This document shows, one piece after another, positions 1 through 11,849 of a stretch of 33,395 bases of DNA; positions within the stretch are counted from its first letter, which is position 1, and every line of letters begins with the position of its first letter. Below the pieces are notes generated by a model. That model ran no database searches. It saw nothing but the letters and a program-made list of their open reading frames with translations, and was not told the origin of the DNA. Both the position numbers and the translations under genes were made by a program. The DNA lies in NCBI RefSeq assembly GCF_001194135.2, contig NC_068996.1:36589632-36623026 (forward strand). Direction: 5' to 3'. The DNA is from Octopus bimaculoides. Its lineage: Eukaryota.

Positions 1-290
1 GGATTTTTGAGCGAGATCGTTGCTGGTGCCCCTGGACTGGCTCTTGTGCGGATGACACATGAGGTTTCTCGAGCGAGATGAGCGTGGCCGTTGCCAGTAC
101 CGCCTGGCTGGCCTTCGTGCGGGTGACACGTAAAAGCACCCACTACACTCTCTGAGTGGTTGGCGTTAGGAAGGGCAGGTTAGATTGGAGCCTGGTGTTG
201 CCATCCGGTTTCACCAGTCCTCAGTCAAATCGTCCAACCCATGCTAGCATGGAAAGCGGTCGTTAAACGACGACGATGATGATGATGATG
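1..290 (+). mobile_element. SINE-like retroposon, local family D (GAT-tailed), young copy cut off at the window start
   Basis: Shares ...aaaagcacccactacactctc..agtggttggcgttaggaagggca...ccaacccatgctagcatggaaagcgg..gttaaacgatgatgat with the copies at 2991-3340 and 20093-20394; ends in (GAT)n. Confidence 0.85.
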
Positions 291-571
291 TTTGTGTAAT
301 TTGGATGCACTTGATAATACTACCGCCAAGTAAGAAAGAATTTAACACATTTGTAGGGTAAATATCTGTTATTGGAATTGGAAAACTGAACACTTCCCAG
401 TTACCTTCCAAACCTTTTAATATTTGTATGTGTGCCCTCTCACAGGTTTCAAGCAGTGAGCTACAGTCTTGTTGTTTGCTCCACCTTGAACGGTTCAAGT
501 CTAACATATTAACCATTGTATTTATTTTTCAGTCCATTGCTAATTTAATCTATGTTTGTTAAATTATTACT

Positions 572-671
<100 letters not shown>

Positions 672-764
672 TGCACCTATGTATATGTAAGAGAATATAA
701 GTATGTATGTCTATCTCTCTCTTTATATATCTATCTATATATATATATTTTTTAATCTTTTCAG

Positions 765-825
765 CAATATGTCTTGCTGGTTGTCATCCCACTCAAGGAT
801 CTTGTGAAGTACCGGGAGAATGCAA
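765..825 (+). CDS. JAG1: Jagged/Serrate internal exon (equivalent to JAG1 exon 5), first part of EGF1
   Basis: ttttcag|CAATATGT...TGCAA|gtaagt; 61 nt, phase 1 to 2. Translates (A)ICLAGCHPTQGSCEVPGEC(N), similar to JAG1 [21 protein letters not shown]. The symbol denotes the Jagged/Serrate family (co-ortholog of JAG1/JAG2). Confidence 0.93.
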
Positions 826-954
826 GTAAGTGCAGCATTTTCTATTTCTTCTAATATTTATGACCGATTCTTTCCTTTGTTTATATTTAGCATCATCATC
901 ATTACTGTACATGAGAAGACTCACCCACTATAACAGAATTGAAGTCCTAAAACC

Positions 955-1202
955 AAGGTGGCATGTAAAATGCATTGGTCCTGGTGCCACTAAAAAAGCA
1001 CTAGTAATGGTGCTACTTAGAAAGCATCCAGTACACTCTGTGGTGTGGTTGGCATTACGAAGGACTTCTAGCTGTAGAAACTAAGCTTAAAACAGACTAT
1101 GGAAGCTTGATGCAGCCCCTAGCCTTACCATTTCCTGTGAAGCCATCCAACCCATGCCAGCATGGAAAACATATGCTAAATGATGACAATGATGATGATG
1201 AT
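955..1202 (+). mobile_element. Family D, degenerate copy
   Basis: gtggttggcattacgaaggacttctagctgtagaaac...ccaacccatgccagcatggaaaac, then a GAT tail. Confidence 0.75.
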
Positions 1203-1430
1203 TGCCATCCATTTTTCCATACTTCATCAGTCAGACAGATTTCAGATACGTACATACATAAACCATGCATATCGCCATATAAAGATGGTTCTATGTATGT
1301 GTATGTGTGTTTGTGTCTCCTTGCCCTGATTATACATTGTGGTTGTAAGCAAATGATGCTGTCATACAAGCTGTGTCATTCATTTTCTGGCTTCCATGCA
1401 AACATGTCTGGTTATGGAGGAAATATTAAC

Positions 1431-1558
1431 CTTGTTTGGAAGCAGGTGAGAGTTGGCAACAGGAAAGGCATCCAGCTATAGAAAATGAACCTCAGTGAAT
1501 TCTGTCAGAACCATGCAAGCATGGAAAAGTGGATGTTAGAAAAATGATGATGATGATG
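1431..1558 (+). mobile_element. Family D-related short variant
   Basis: gttggcaacaggaaaggcatccagctatagaaaa...ccatgcaagcatggaaaagtggatgtta, then (GAT)n. Confidence 0.7.
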
Positions 1559-1887
1559 TATTTAGTTTTGTTGAAACATCTGTCCATGTTGTAAGCTGAC
1601 TGTAAACTGGATATACCCACAAGTTCGTAGCAATAGCAAACTTGTTTTTATTGTGAATATTTACAGTCACTTGATCAATTTTGCTATTGAAGTATGAGGA
1701 ATCAGTCAACCATATCAAGCAAGAGATATATCAATACATATTAGCCATACTGTGTGTGTGTGTGTGTGTGTGTTTGTATTTTCCTTTTGTCCTTCTTGGG
1801 TTGATGGCTCAATATAATAGATTATAATTCTGCCACAAATACAAAAGTATTGTACCTATCTGAAAAATTATTATTATTATTATTATT

Positions 1888-1950
1888 AAGGTGGTGAGCT
1901 GGCAGAATCATTAGCAATCTGGGCGAAATGCTTAGCGATTTTACTGCTCT
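1888..1950 (+). mobile_element. tRNA-derived SINE, local family A, 5' fragment following (ATT)n
   Basis: aaggtggtgagctggcagaatcattagca...gggcgaaatgcttagcg matches the head of the copies at 9231 and 33141. Confidence 0.7.
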
Positions 1951-2599
1951 ACAATATGAGATGGATAAAACAAGGAGTAGACAAAATTTTGGGGTAGTTG
2001 ACTGAATATAACTTTTGAGGGTCATTTCCTATACTCATGGTCATGCTTCATGACTTAACTAATAAAAGAATAGTGTGTGTTCATTGTGAAAGTGTCTGGC
2101 TTAGTAGTTAGTGTGATGGGATCATGGCCATAGGGTCACAGGTTCAGTTCCTCGTGTGAGCAATACATTGCGTCTTGCAACTGTTTGTTTGCATAATGAG
2201 ATCTAGTTGTGTTTCCTCAGGCGATATATGAGTATTGTCTTTGTTAGTTTAAAATTGTTGACTTCAAAGCCATCTCCTCTGTTCCTTGTGCTTTGAATTT
2301 AGTACCAGCTGATAGACCCATGGTGTGTGCCGCATGAGTGCACATGTCTGACTGCTATGAATGGTAGTAGATGGTACTGGCTGGCATTTAAATGGGATTG
2401 GCCTTCTATTTGGTTGTATTTCTGATCTGTTCTTCATGGTTGGCTACACATGTGAATTTCTTAAGATGACCTTTAGTATTCAGTGGTCACACACATACAC
2501 AGAGACTCATACATATGCTCTCACACACACATACACACATATATACATGTGTGTATGTGTGTGTCAAGAAAAGGATCAAAGGCCCTTCATGCGCAATGG

Positions 2600-2820
2600 G
2601 CTCCTGAGGTCGGTTTCTTGGATTCTGTGCTGTACTTATTCTTTGCTCTGGATGGGATGCTGGCTTGCCACAGGGTTTACTCATTTTTGCCAGTGAATGG
2701 ATTGGACCAACATGAAATGATGTGTTTTGCTCATGAACACAACACATTGCCTGGGCCAAGAATTGAAACCACAATCTTACGATCATGAATGCAACACCCT
2801 GACCACTAAGCCATGCACCA
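2600..2820 (-). mobile_element. tRNA-head SINE, local family C
   Basis: The minus strand begins ggtgcatggcttagtggtcagggtgttgcattcatgatcgtaagattgtggtttcaattc (box A/B-like) and shares ...ctggcaaaaatgagt with the copy at 15130. Confidence 0.65.
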
Positions 2821-2990
2821 CTTTGTGTGGTATCTCCAGCTGCTTTAGATGCCAAGATATCAAAAATTGTCAAAGTGTAGTACAATGGTTCTACTATGGA
2901 ATGGTGAAACTATTTTGTCGTTTTTCTGAAAAAGCAACGTTTTGGATTTACAACACTTTTGCATTATAGCAATGATATATATATATATAT

Positions 2991-3340
2991 CAGCGTTGCC
3001 TTACTGGCACTTGTACCGGTGGTACATGGCAAACAACATTCGAGCGAGGGGTTGCCAGTGCTGCTGGACTGGCTCCTGTGCAGGTGACATGTAAAAACAC
3101 CATTTTGAGCATGGTCGTTGCCAGTACCGCCTGACTGGCCCACGTGCTGGTGGCACGTAAAAGCACCCACTACACTCTCAGAATGGTTGGCGTTAGGAAG
3201 GGCATCCAGCTGTAGAAACTCTGCCAGATCAGATTGGAGCCTGGTGCAGCCATCTGATTTCACCAGTCCTCAGTCAAATAGTCCAACCCATGCTAGCATG
3301 GAAAGCGGATGTTAAACGATGATGATGATGATGATGATGA
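2991..3340 (+). mobile_element. Family D, young copy with tandem ~60-nt 5' units and a (GAT)n tail
   Basis: High similarity to 1-290 and 20093-20394; repeated gttgccagt...actggc...gtggcacgtaaaa units. Confidence 0.88.
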
Positions 3341-3368
3341 TATATATGCATGTGTGTGTGTATGTATG

Positions 3369-3642
3369 CTAGTGCTACATAAAAAGCATCCAGTGGTTGG
3401 TGTTCAGAAGAACATCCAGCTGTAAAAACCTTGACAAAACTGACCTGACCTGTGCTGATGCCATGTAAAAGCACTCAATCCACTCTGCTGGGTGGTTGGT
3501 GTTAGGAAGGGCATCCAGCCAAGAAAACCCTTCCAAAATAGACACAGTAGCCTGGGGTAGTCTTCTGGCTTCTGTCAGACTATCGAACCAATGCCTGCAT
3601 GAAAAGTGGATGTTAAATGGCGATGGCAATGATGATGATGAT
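3369..3642 (+). mobile_element. Family D, degenerate copy
   Basis: ggtggttggtgttaggaagggcatccagc...catgaaaagtggatgttaaatg, then a GAT tail. Confidence 0.72.
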
Positions 3643-4434
3643 ATATATATTTACACGTACACAAATATATTACTACTATTAAGATAATTGGATTCTTGTG
3701 TTGCTGAAGACCATGTCTTTGGATTCACATGCAACACCTTAAAGGCACTTACATCATTAATTTTTCCAGATTTAATATTCACTGTCTCAGGAGATAAAAG
3801 GGGAAAAGATTAAAAAAAAAAAAGAAAACCTAAAAGAATCATTCATTTCATAAAATATGAAACACCTCAAATTCTGAGGGAGTAGTGTGTGTGAGAGGGA
3901 GACATCACAATATCAATGTGCAGTTTAGTTGAGTAATGCATGAGAATTTATTCCGATAGCAATCTGCATGTTTGGTATTAAAATGCATATACTGAAAGGT
4001 AAATGCATCAAAGAGCATACATGGCGTTATTAATATGTCCATATGCAATCACCCAGAGATTTCTGTTTTTGCTGGGGTTTTTTTTTTATAACTGAACACA
4101 GGTGCTGCCTGAGAAGAGGAAGGAAAAGGAAAAAAAAAAAAAGGACAGAACTTAATATAGTCTCACACACATATATAGTGAGAGAGAGAGAGAGAGAGAA
4201 TGTATGCGGTGGTTGTGGTTAAAGAGGGGAGAAGTAAGCCTTATCAAGAGAAAACAAGAAAACTTATACCTTCCATATTGATTTGTCATGTAGGTGCTGT
4301 TATTTTGTCTCCAGGTCAATGCTGTGATCAAAGGTGTTCCAGCTGTGACCAAACATCCTGTCATTTTTTTTTTCTTTTGTTAAACATAGGTTTATCTTAT
4401 GTTACATTATCCAATGTGTACTTCCATATACATT

Positions 4435-4728
<294 letters not shown>

Positions 4729-5054
4729 TGTATACATGCAGTCATCTCATCCTGCCCACTCACCTACCTTCAAGCCTCTATATCATCTCACCTATTCTCA
4801 CCACCTCTGTTGTCCCTTGTGGACAAGTTCCAGCACCTCTCCACCATCATCATTTCTCTCACCATTCACACTTTTCTTCTAACTCTCCGACTCACGTTCC
4901 TTTGTTCTCCAACTGAGGCATCCATGTGTCTCCTCTGCAGCAAGACACTTTTACATCCATCCCTTCTATCCCTTAAATCTCTCAACTTGCTCAAAACTAC
5001 CACCTCTCAATACTAACTCACCACTCCCAGTTGAGGAATTTTTGTCTGGTGACT

Positions 5055-5257
5055 CTGCCAGTGCTGGTGCCACATGAAAATCTGCCCAGTATACTCTGTA
5101 TAGTGGTTAGCATTAGGAAGGGCATCCAGCTGTAGAAACCATGCCAGAACAAACAATGGGGTCTGCTAAGGCTCCCCAGCCTTGCCAGCTCCAGTCAAAC
5201 TGGAACCGATGCCAGTATGAAAAACAGACGTTTAATGATGATGATGATGATGATGAT
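5055..5257 (+). mobile_element. Family D, degenerate copy
   Basis: agtggttagcattaggaagggcatccagctgtagaaacc...gtttaatgatgatgat. Confidence 0.75.
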
Positions 5258-5269
5258 TTAGGGACATGA

Positions 5270-5490
5270 GAAGGTGAACTGGCAGAATTGATAACCTGTA
5301 AGACAAAATGCTTAATGATATTTTGTTTGTCTTTACATTCTGAGTTCAAATTCTGTTAGGTTGAATTTTCCTTTCATTAAGGCGGTGGGGAGGGTCAATG
5401 AAATAGGTACCAGTTGAATACTAGGGCTGATGCAATCAACTAGCTCCCTCACCAAAATTTCAGGTCTTCTGTCTGAATTAGAAAGAATTC
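5270..5490 (+). mobile_element. Family A SINE, degenerate
   Basis: ctggcagaattg...ttctgagttcaaattc...taggtaccagttgaatactagggctgatgcaatcaacta. Confidence 0.7.
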
Positions 5491-5869
5491 TTATTTAGAG
5501 TCTTGGAAATAATTTAGTGATAGACTAAATGCCTTGCAGTATTTGATTAATTCTCTACTTTCTGAGATCAAATCTCACCAGGGATATCACCTTTATTTTT
5601 CTTTAATTTTTAAATTTTCTTTACATATTTTTTTCTTTCATTAGAATGTTATAGAATTAATTTGGAACTGGAGTTGATTAAAGCATATATGTTCCTGTCT
5701 GAATGTGCACCCACTGACATAAATTTGAGATATTTTGATAATATAATAAATATTATGATAAAATAAAATACCAGTTAAGTACCAAGTTCAATGGTACTGA
5801 CTGACATTCTCCTCTCAAAACTGCTGCCTAAATCAGAAATGAATAGTTTGTGGAATTTCTTTGGTCTCT

Positions 5870-6217
5870 TTATGTTTTGAGTTCAAATCCCACCATGATT
5901 AACTTTGCCTTTCATCCTTTCAGGGTCAATAAAATAAGTATCTGTTGAACACTGGCGTTGTTGTAACCAACTTACCCTTTCATTTTTTTAAAGTTGTTGG
6001 CCTCATATCAAAAATAGAAACATCATCATTATTCGAAATCTATTTTCTGTGCTGGCATAGGCTGGATGGTTTGACGTGGAGCTGGCCAACTAGCTTGGAG
6101 CTGATTAGACTCTGATTGGCTAATGTGACAGCTGGATGCCCTCTCTAACATGAACCATTTAACAGCCTGTGTTGGGTGCTTTCTACAAGCCACCAGCATT
6201 ATCTTCATCATCATCAA

Positions 6218-6253
<36 letters not shown>

Positions 6254-6409
6254 TATTATCATTAGAAGTAGGAGTAGGAGTAAGGTAGTGGGCTTTTGTC
6301 TTTCATCCTTTCAGGATTAATAAAATAAGTACTAGTTGAGTACAGGTATTGATGTAATCGACTTAGTCCTTCCCCAAAAATTTTGAGCCTTGTGCCTATA
6401 ATAGAAAGG

Positions 6410-6412
<3 letters not shown>
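5870..6412. mobile_element. Repeat stack: family A (+, 5870-6019), family D (-, 6020-6200), (CAT)n, family A 3' part (+, 6291-6412)
   Basis: Diagnostic ctttgcctttcatccttt..gggtcaataaaataagta motif twice, with a reverse-oriented cagctggatgccct between the two. Confidence 0.7.
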
Positions 6413-6465
<53 letters not shown>

Positions 6466-6555
6466 GCTAGCTGGAGATGATGTTTCCTGGGGTTAAATAG
6501 CAGTAGCATTTGTCCTAACTAGGACTGCCACGTTATGTTGGCAAATAATCTTTAC

Positions 6556-7069
6556 TATTATTACTATTGTTTTCTCTTCATCACAGGTTTTGTTAGAACT
6601 CTTGAAGTCTTGCATGCATAGCGGGCTTACTATACCTGCAGCCTATGGTACCATGCTATCCGTTCTTTTCAGCTATCTAATACTTCCTTGATTATTCTGG
6701 CCCTGCCAAGGAGGCAAACCTTTTGTAACAGTTCTACTGGATTCTCTATTCCAATTTCCTTTATATTCCTCTTGATGCCTTCTGATATTGTCCCCAAGGA
6801 CCCAACAATAATTGACTCTATCCTTACCTTCTTCATTTTCCATAGCCGGGCTATTTTGTACTTAAGAGGGTTGTATCTATCTATCTTTTTATCACTCTCT
6901 TTTTTTACTATTCGTGGGTCATCAACTATATAGCATATATGGTGCACCTTGTCAACCACCACTAGGTCAGTTTGTTATGCTCTAGAACCTCATCTGTTTG
7001 GAGTGGGAAATCCTAGAGGATTTTGCTAGTCTCCGACTCTGCCAATCTCTGCAGTTTGTGCTCATACCA
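6556..7069 (-). mobile_element. 5'-truncated R4/Dong-like non-LTR retrotransposon (restriction-like endonuclease C-terminus), pseudogenised
   Basis: The minus strand reads WYEHKLQRLAESETSKIL*DFPLQTDEVLEHNK, then after a frameshift DLVVVDKVHHICYIVD-DPRIVKKESDKKIDRYNPLKYKIARLWKMKKVRIESIIVGSLGTIS...LLQKVCLLGRARIIKEVLDS*. This is the WYEH/LWDF/PD..D pattern of R4-clade elements. The 5' end abuts (TAA)n. Confidence 0.85.
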
Positions 7070-7094
7070 TTATTATTATTATTATTATTATTAT

Positions 7095-7650
7095 TGTGTG
7101 ACAGAGCGGTGCATGCCATCAAAGTGACACTGGGGTAAAATATATGAAGCCCATTATAACCATCATGACTACCCGTCTGATAAGGGTACACCAGGTGCAT
7201 GCATCACAACCATATGTGCAAGACATGGTGATCTCATATCAAGATAAACAGCGCATGACCTCACAGGTGAGGCCCAGTTAGAATTTTCTTCAGGTTGAGT
7301 AACCCATTCCGCTCAAAAGGTCCCTGAATAAAGGGTTGTTTAAGGATGTTGAGCAAAACACCCATGTTTCCAAAGGTGAATTATCCAAACCCCAAAGAAT
7401 TCCTCTCAACACATGGCTATGATGCTTCCCCACTACTCCTGCTTGTGATCAGAGATGCACATATCATCAGCCACTAAGGGACATGCTCAATTGGTTAAAG
7501 TCAAACAACTGACAAGCAAATCTGTGGTATTGAGCAGAATATTTGCTGTAGCCCATCTTTTATACCAAGACAAAACAATGTACATGATAACACTTCCAAT
7601 CAATTAAGATCAGAAGCCATGAGAGCCACTGCCTGGTGCTGCATCAGGCC
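7095..7650 (-). mobile_element. Non-coding interspersed repeat, local family E, flanked by (TAA)n on both sides
   Basis: 7266-7609 is the reverse complement of 13169-13511 (about 28 differences in ~343 nt, counted by eye). Confidence 0.85.
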
Positions 7651-7655
7651 ATTTA

Positions 7656-7707
<52 letters not shown>

Positions 7708-8488
7708 GGTGTTGTATCTATAGTACAAAGAAATCTTCTGATTATTATCATTATTATTGTTGTTATTATTTTTATTGCTAGAGAACATTCACACTGAAGG
7801 AAAAGAAAGTACAGCTAATAGTCTTGTGTGTGTGTATGTGCATTGATTAATGCATGTTGATGCATGTATTTATTGCATGTGTGTGTGTGTATGAACATCT
7901 ATGTATGTACATGCATTCAAGTTTCTGTATGTGTGTGTGTGTGGTGTGATGACTACCTACCAACACCTTCACTAAAATTATGTAACACCTTGTTTTCTGT
8001 TCATTCCTCTTCCTCCACCACCACCACCACCACCACACATCACCTACCTTTCTCTTATCTCTAGCTTTTTTTCTTCTCATTGACCCTATCCAATTGCTTC
8101 TCACCCCCCTCCCCTCCTTCCACCCTGGTACCATTGTTGCACTAAATATAGCTGAAAAGAGATAAACTAATAGAATGGGGTGTGGTTCTTTATGTTCACA
8201 GAACTCTACAAGAAGGTGACCCTAAAAACTTTTTCATTTTTTTTTTGTCAGTTATCTTTCCTCATACTTCACACAATCCACATTTAAAATATAAAACGTT
8301 TCTCTTTATGTCACCCCCTCCCCAACATCTCTCTCTAACTTCCTCTCACAATCTCTCACATGTGTATCCACACACACACACACACACACATAAATGTATA
8401 TATGATATATCTGTGTGTGTGCATACATGTACATGTACAAAAATACATTTGTGTCTATGTGGTGTGTGTATATACATATGTATCTGTA

Positions 8489-8536
<48 letters not shown>

Positions 8537-9059
8537 CCCATGCCAGCATGGAGAATGAATTTGGATGATATGCATACATATATACACATATACATATGCA
8601 TATATGTACATATGTATTTATGTGTCTGTGCATCAGTGTATGTTTTATGTGTGTGTGTATATGTATACACACACACACATACATGCACAAACTCATAAAT
8701 GCACATACACAAAGTCGACATAAAACCAGTTAATGATAAATCTTGTCAGCTGTAGGATCAAACAGCATGATGGTTTTGGTCCATATGGCCCACAGTATCA
8801 CTTATCTTTAGAGCAAGCATCACTGAGGTGATGCACAATATGATTAGTCTGAAGGAATGAAACACAGAAGACAACAACATACAGGCAAGTTGAAGAATTA
8901 AACAAATTGAATGTAGTATAGTTTAATTTAAACAAATGTAGTCTTTTGATTAGTCAGAAACAAGCAAAAAGAATGTCTGCAAAAATGGAAGATAGGAGAT
9001 ACACTCACATACAGACAGATATAAAGCATCCTTTAAATATGTGTGTGTATGTGTATATT

Positions 9060-9650
9060 GTTTATCCTTTACTTGTTTCAGTCATTAGACTGGCCGGGCT
9101 GGGGTACCGCCTTAAAGAATTCTTTTAGTTGAGAGCATCAATCCCAGTACTTATTTTTATACCTGGTATTAATTCTGTTGGCCTTCTTTTACTGTACCAC
9201 TAAGTTACTGGGGCATAAACACACCAACTACGGCGGCGAGCTGGCAGAAACGTTAGCACGCCGGACGAAATGCTTAGTGGTATTTCGTCTGCCGCTACAT
9301 TCTGAGTTCAAATTCCGCCGGGGTCGATTAAATAAGTACCAGTTACGCACTGGGGTCGATATAATCTACTTAATCCGTTTGTCTGTCCTTGTTTGTCCCC
9401 TCTGTGTGTAGCCCCTTGTGGGTAGTAAAGAAATAACACCAACACCGGTTGTCAAGTGGTGGTGGGAAGAGAGGAAAAACCATACACACACATATGTACA
9501 TGATGGGCTTTTTTCAGTTTCTGTCTACCAAATCTACTCAGGGCTTTGATCAGCCCAAGGTGCAATCCAGTGAGATTGAACCTTGTCGGGACCATGTGTT
9601 TGGGAAGCAAACTTCTTACCACACAGCCACACCTGTGCCTATCACCTATG
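9060..9650 (-). mobile_element. tRNA-head SINE with a CORE-like segment, local family B, interrupted by a family A insertion
   Basis: Matches the copies at 12608-12990 and 21659-22782 (gggcttttttcagtttctgtctaccaaatctactca; ggttgtcaagtggtgg; cccagtacttatt). Confidence 0.78.
9231..9435 (+). mobile_element. Family A SINE, young CpG-rich copy nested in family B with an 8-bp target-site duplication
   Basis: ACACCAAC at 9221-9228 and 9436-9443 flanks ggcggcgagctggcagaaacgttagcacg...gagttcaaattcc...gtgggtagtaaagaaata. Confidence 0.88.
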
Positions 9651-9974
9651 TTATACATTAGTAATATAATCATCTAACTTATGCCAGAATGGAAAAGGAA
9701 AAACATATAAAAAACAAACAAAAGAATATGGATATTTTATCCTGTTCCTGCTGTACTACCATTATTATTCTGCATTTGAGAATAAATTATTTCCTTATCT
9801 GTTTCTTTCAATACATCTCAGTGTTTCTAAAAGCAAACTTTGTTTACATTTATCATAATTTGAATTAAACAAAAAAAATATCATTATCAATCATTGTCAT
9901 CATTATCATCATCATCATCATCATCATCAACATTCTCATCATCATCAACATTCTCATCATCATCAACATTCTCA

Positions 9975-10200
9975 TCATCATCTTTTTACACCCACTTTCC
10001 TTGCTGGCATGGGTTGAACATTTCTCCCAGTTAGACTTCAAGCATTTATTTTAGTATACTGCTCTGCTAACAGGGTAAGAGACACTTCATCGTATTCACA
10101 TATTATTTCAGCTTCATTTGTACAGCTGGATGTCCTTGCTAACACCAACTGCCTTGCTGAGTGTACAGGGTGGATTATTTTTTTTCCATGACTACCACCA
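9975..10200 (-). mobile_element. Family D, degenerate copy following a (CAT)n array
   Basis: ctttccttgctggcatgggttg and cagctggatgtccttgctaacacc are reverse complements of family D motifs. Confidence 0.6.
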
Positions 10201-10323
10201 GCTCTAGAAGGATAGCCATGTCCTCACCATAACCCTGGAAAGAAAAATCACTCATCCGGCCATATTGTTAGAAGAAGACAATAAACACTAAATCTTTTCC
10301 TGTTTGTAACCAAACTATTTCTT

Positions 10324-10329
10324 ATTGTG

Positions 10330-10379
<50 letters not shown>

Positions 10380-10385
10380 GACGGG

Positions 10386-10431
<46 letters not shown>

Positions 10432-10493
10432 NNNNNNNNNNNNNNNNNNNNNNNNNNNNNNNNNNNNNNNNNNNNNNNNNNNNNNNNNNNNNN

Positions 10494-10540
<47 letters not shown>
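10324..10540. repeat. (TAC)n and (CT)n microsatellites with an assembly gap at 10432-10493
   Basis: Direct reading. Confidence 0.95.
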
Positions 10541-10543
<3 letters not shown>

Positions 10544-11256
10544 CAGTTTTTTTAGTCTCTTTCTGAATATGTACAACCTAACTATCTATCAATCTGTCTA
10601 TTTATCCCTCTAACTTACTCTTTCATCTATCTATTTATTAATTTGTATACACTTAGGAACACCTCCCCACACACACACACACATGAACAAATGTAGTCAC
10701 TCTCAGTAGAAAATTAATCTGTACAATATCTATATAGAGGAAATATATTTGATTATTTATTTATTTATTTGAGATGAACAACATTTACATAACTACCACC
10801 ATGTTTCTCTTACTGCTCCTCAGGGTATCTAACTAGATCAAGGTATAGGTGAAATGTGAGCATTAGTAGAACTGTATTTATGTGACAAACAGCTACGAAA
10901 GCAGAAAAAGAAAACCACAACACAAGTGCGAACAAACAGCACAAACATAAACAAATAACCAAATAAAACAAATTCCAAGAAACTCAATGACAGGACAGGA
11001 TTACAATAATTGTGTTGTAAGACTGTTGTTGTACAGATTGTAAAGATAGATGAAATGGATCAGGCTAGTTAGGGTAACAGTTGGTGTGAGATAATATCAT
11101 AACAAAGTTAATTAAGATCATTAGAGGTAACATTCACGCTGGAACAGGTGAAAAATGACATTGAAGGGACATAACTATGATTAATGTGAAAACCATACAT
11201 GCAGTGTGTGCGCGTGTATGACAAAGGAATAAATGATAGTTTTTATGAACTTCTTT

Positions 11257-11337
11257 AGCTTACAGCTGTTTCTGCTCTAAGATGCAGTGCGCTCATAGGT
11301 GGGTGCCTGAGTAATGCCTTATAGCTTCATCAGAGCC
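11257..11337 (-). ncRNA. Hammerhead-ribozyme-like motif (type I), antisense to Jagged
   Basis: Minus strand: GGCT-CTGATGA-A-GCTATAAG...CTTAGAGC-A-GAAAC-AGCT-GTA-AGCT. Confidence 0.65.
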
Positions 11338-11849
11338 TTGAATATGAAGTGTAATTTATGGACATACAAATGTACATGCACACACGCATGCATACACACA
11401 CTCACATGCTCACACACACATGCATTCAAACATGCACACACTCACATGCATGCATGCACACACACACTGTACACACGCATGCATGCACACATAGATATAT
11501 ATTTAAAAGTTTTTGCGAACATTACTTGATACTGTCACAATGTTTAAAGAAAGATTAAAAAACATTGTTTGGGAAAAAACAATGGCATAACCCTTTTAGA
11601 ATAAACTTTTATGTATTGTGTGTAAGTGCTTTCATTGTTCTATATATACATGCACACATACATGCACACACACACACATAAAGATTGGAGAGGCTGAATA
11701 GTTAAGTAGTTAAGAAAGATTACAGGAGGGAAGTGAGGAGGAAAAAATACACTCCCTCATTTGAATGTTGAGGAATGGTGTGAGAAAGCAACTAACTGAA
11801 GATATTTGTACGATCTGAAATGTCCATGAATGTGAGATGAAATCCTTTT

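Noticed and set aside
4740-5035. Purine-rich minus-strand stretch possibly from a LINE
   Set aside because: No recognisable motif in translation; left unassigned.
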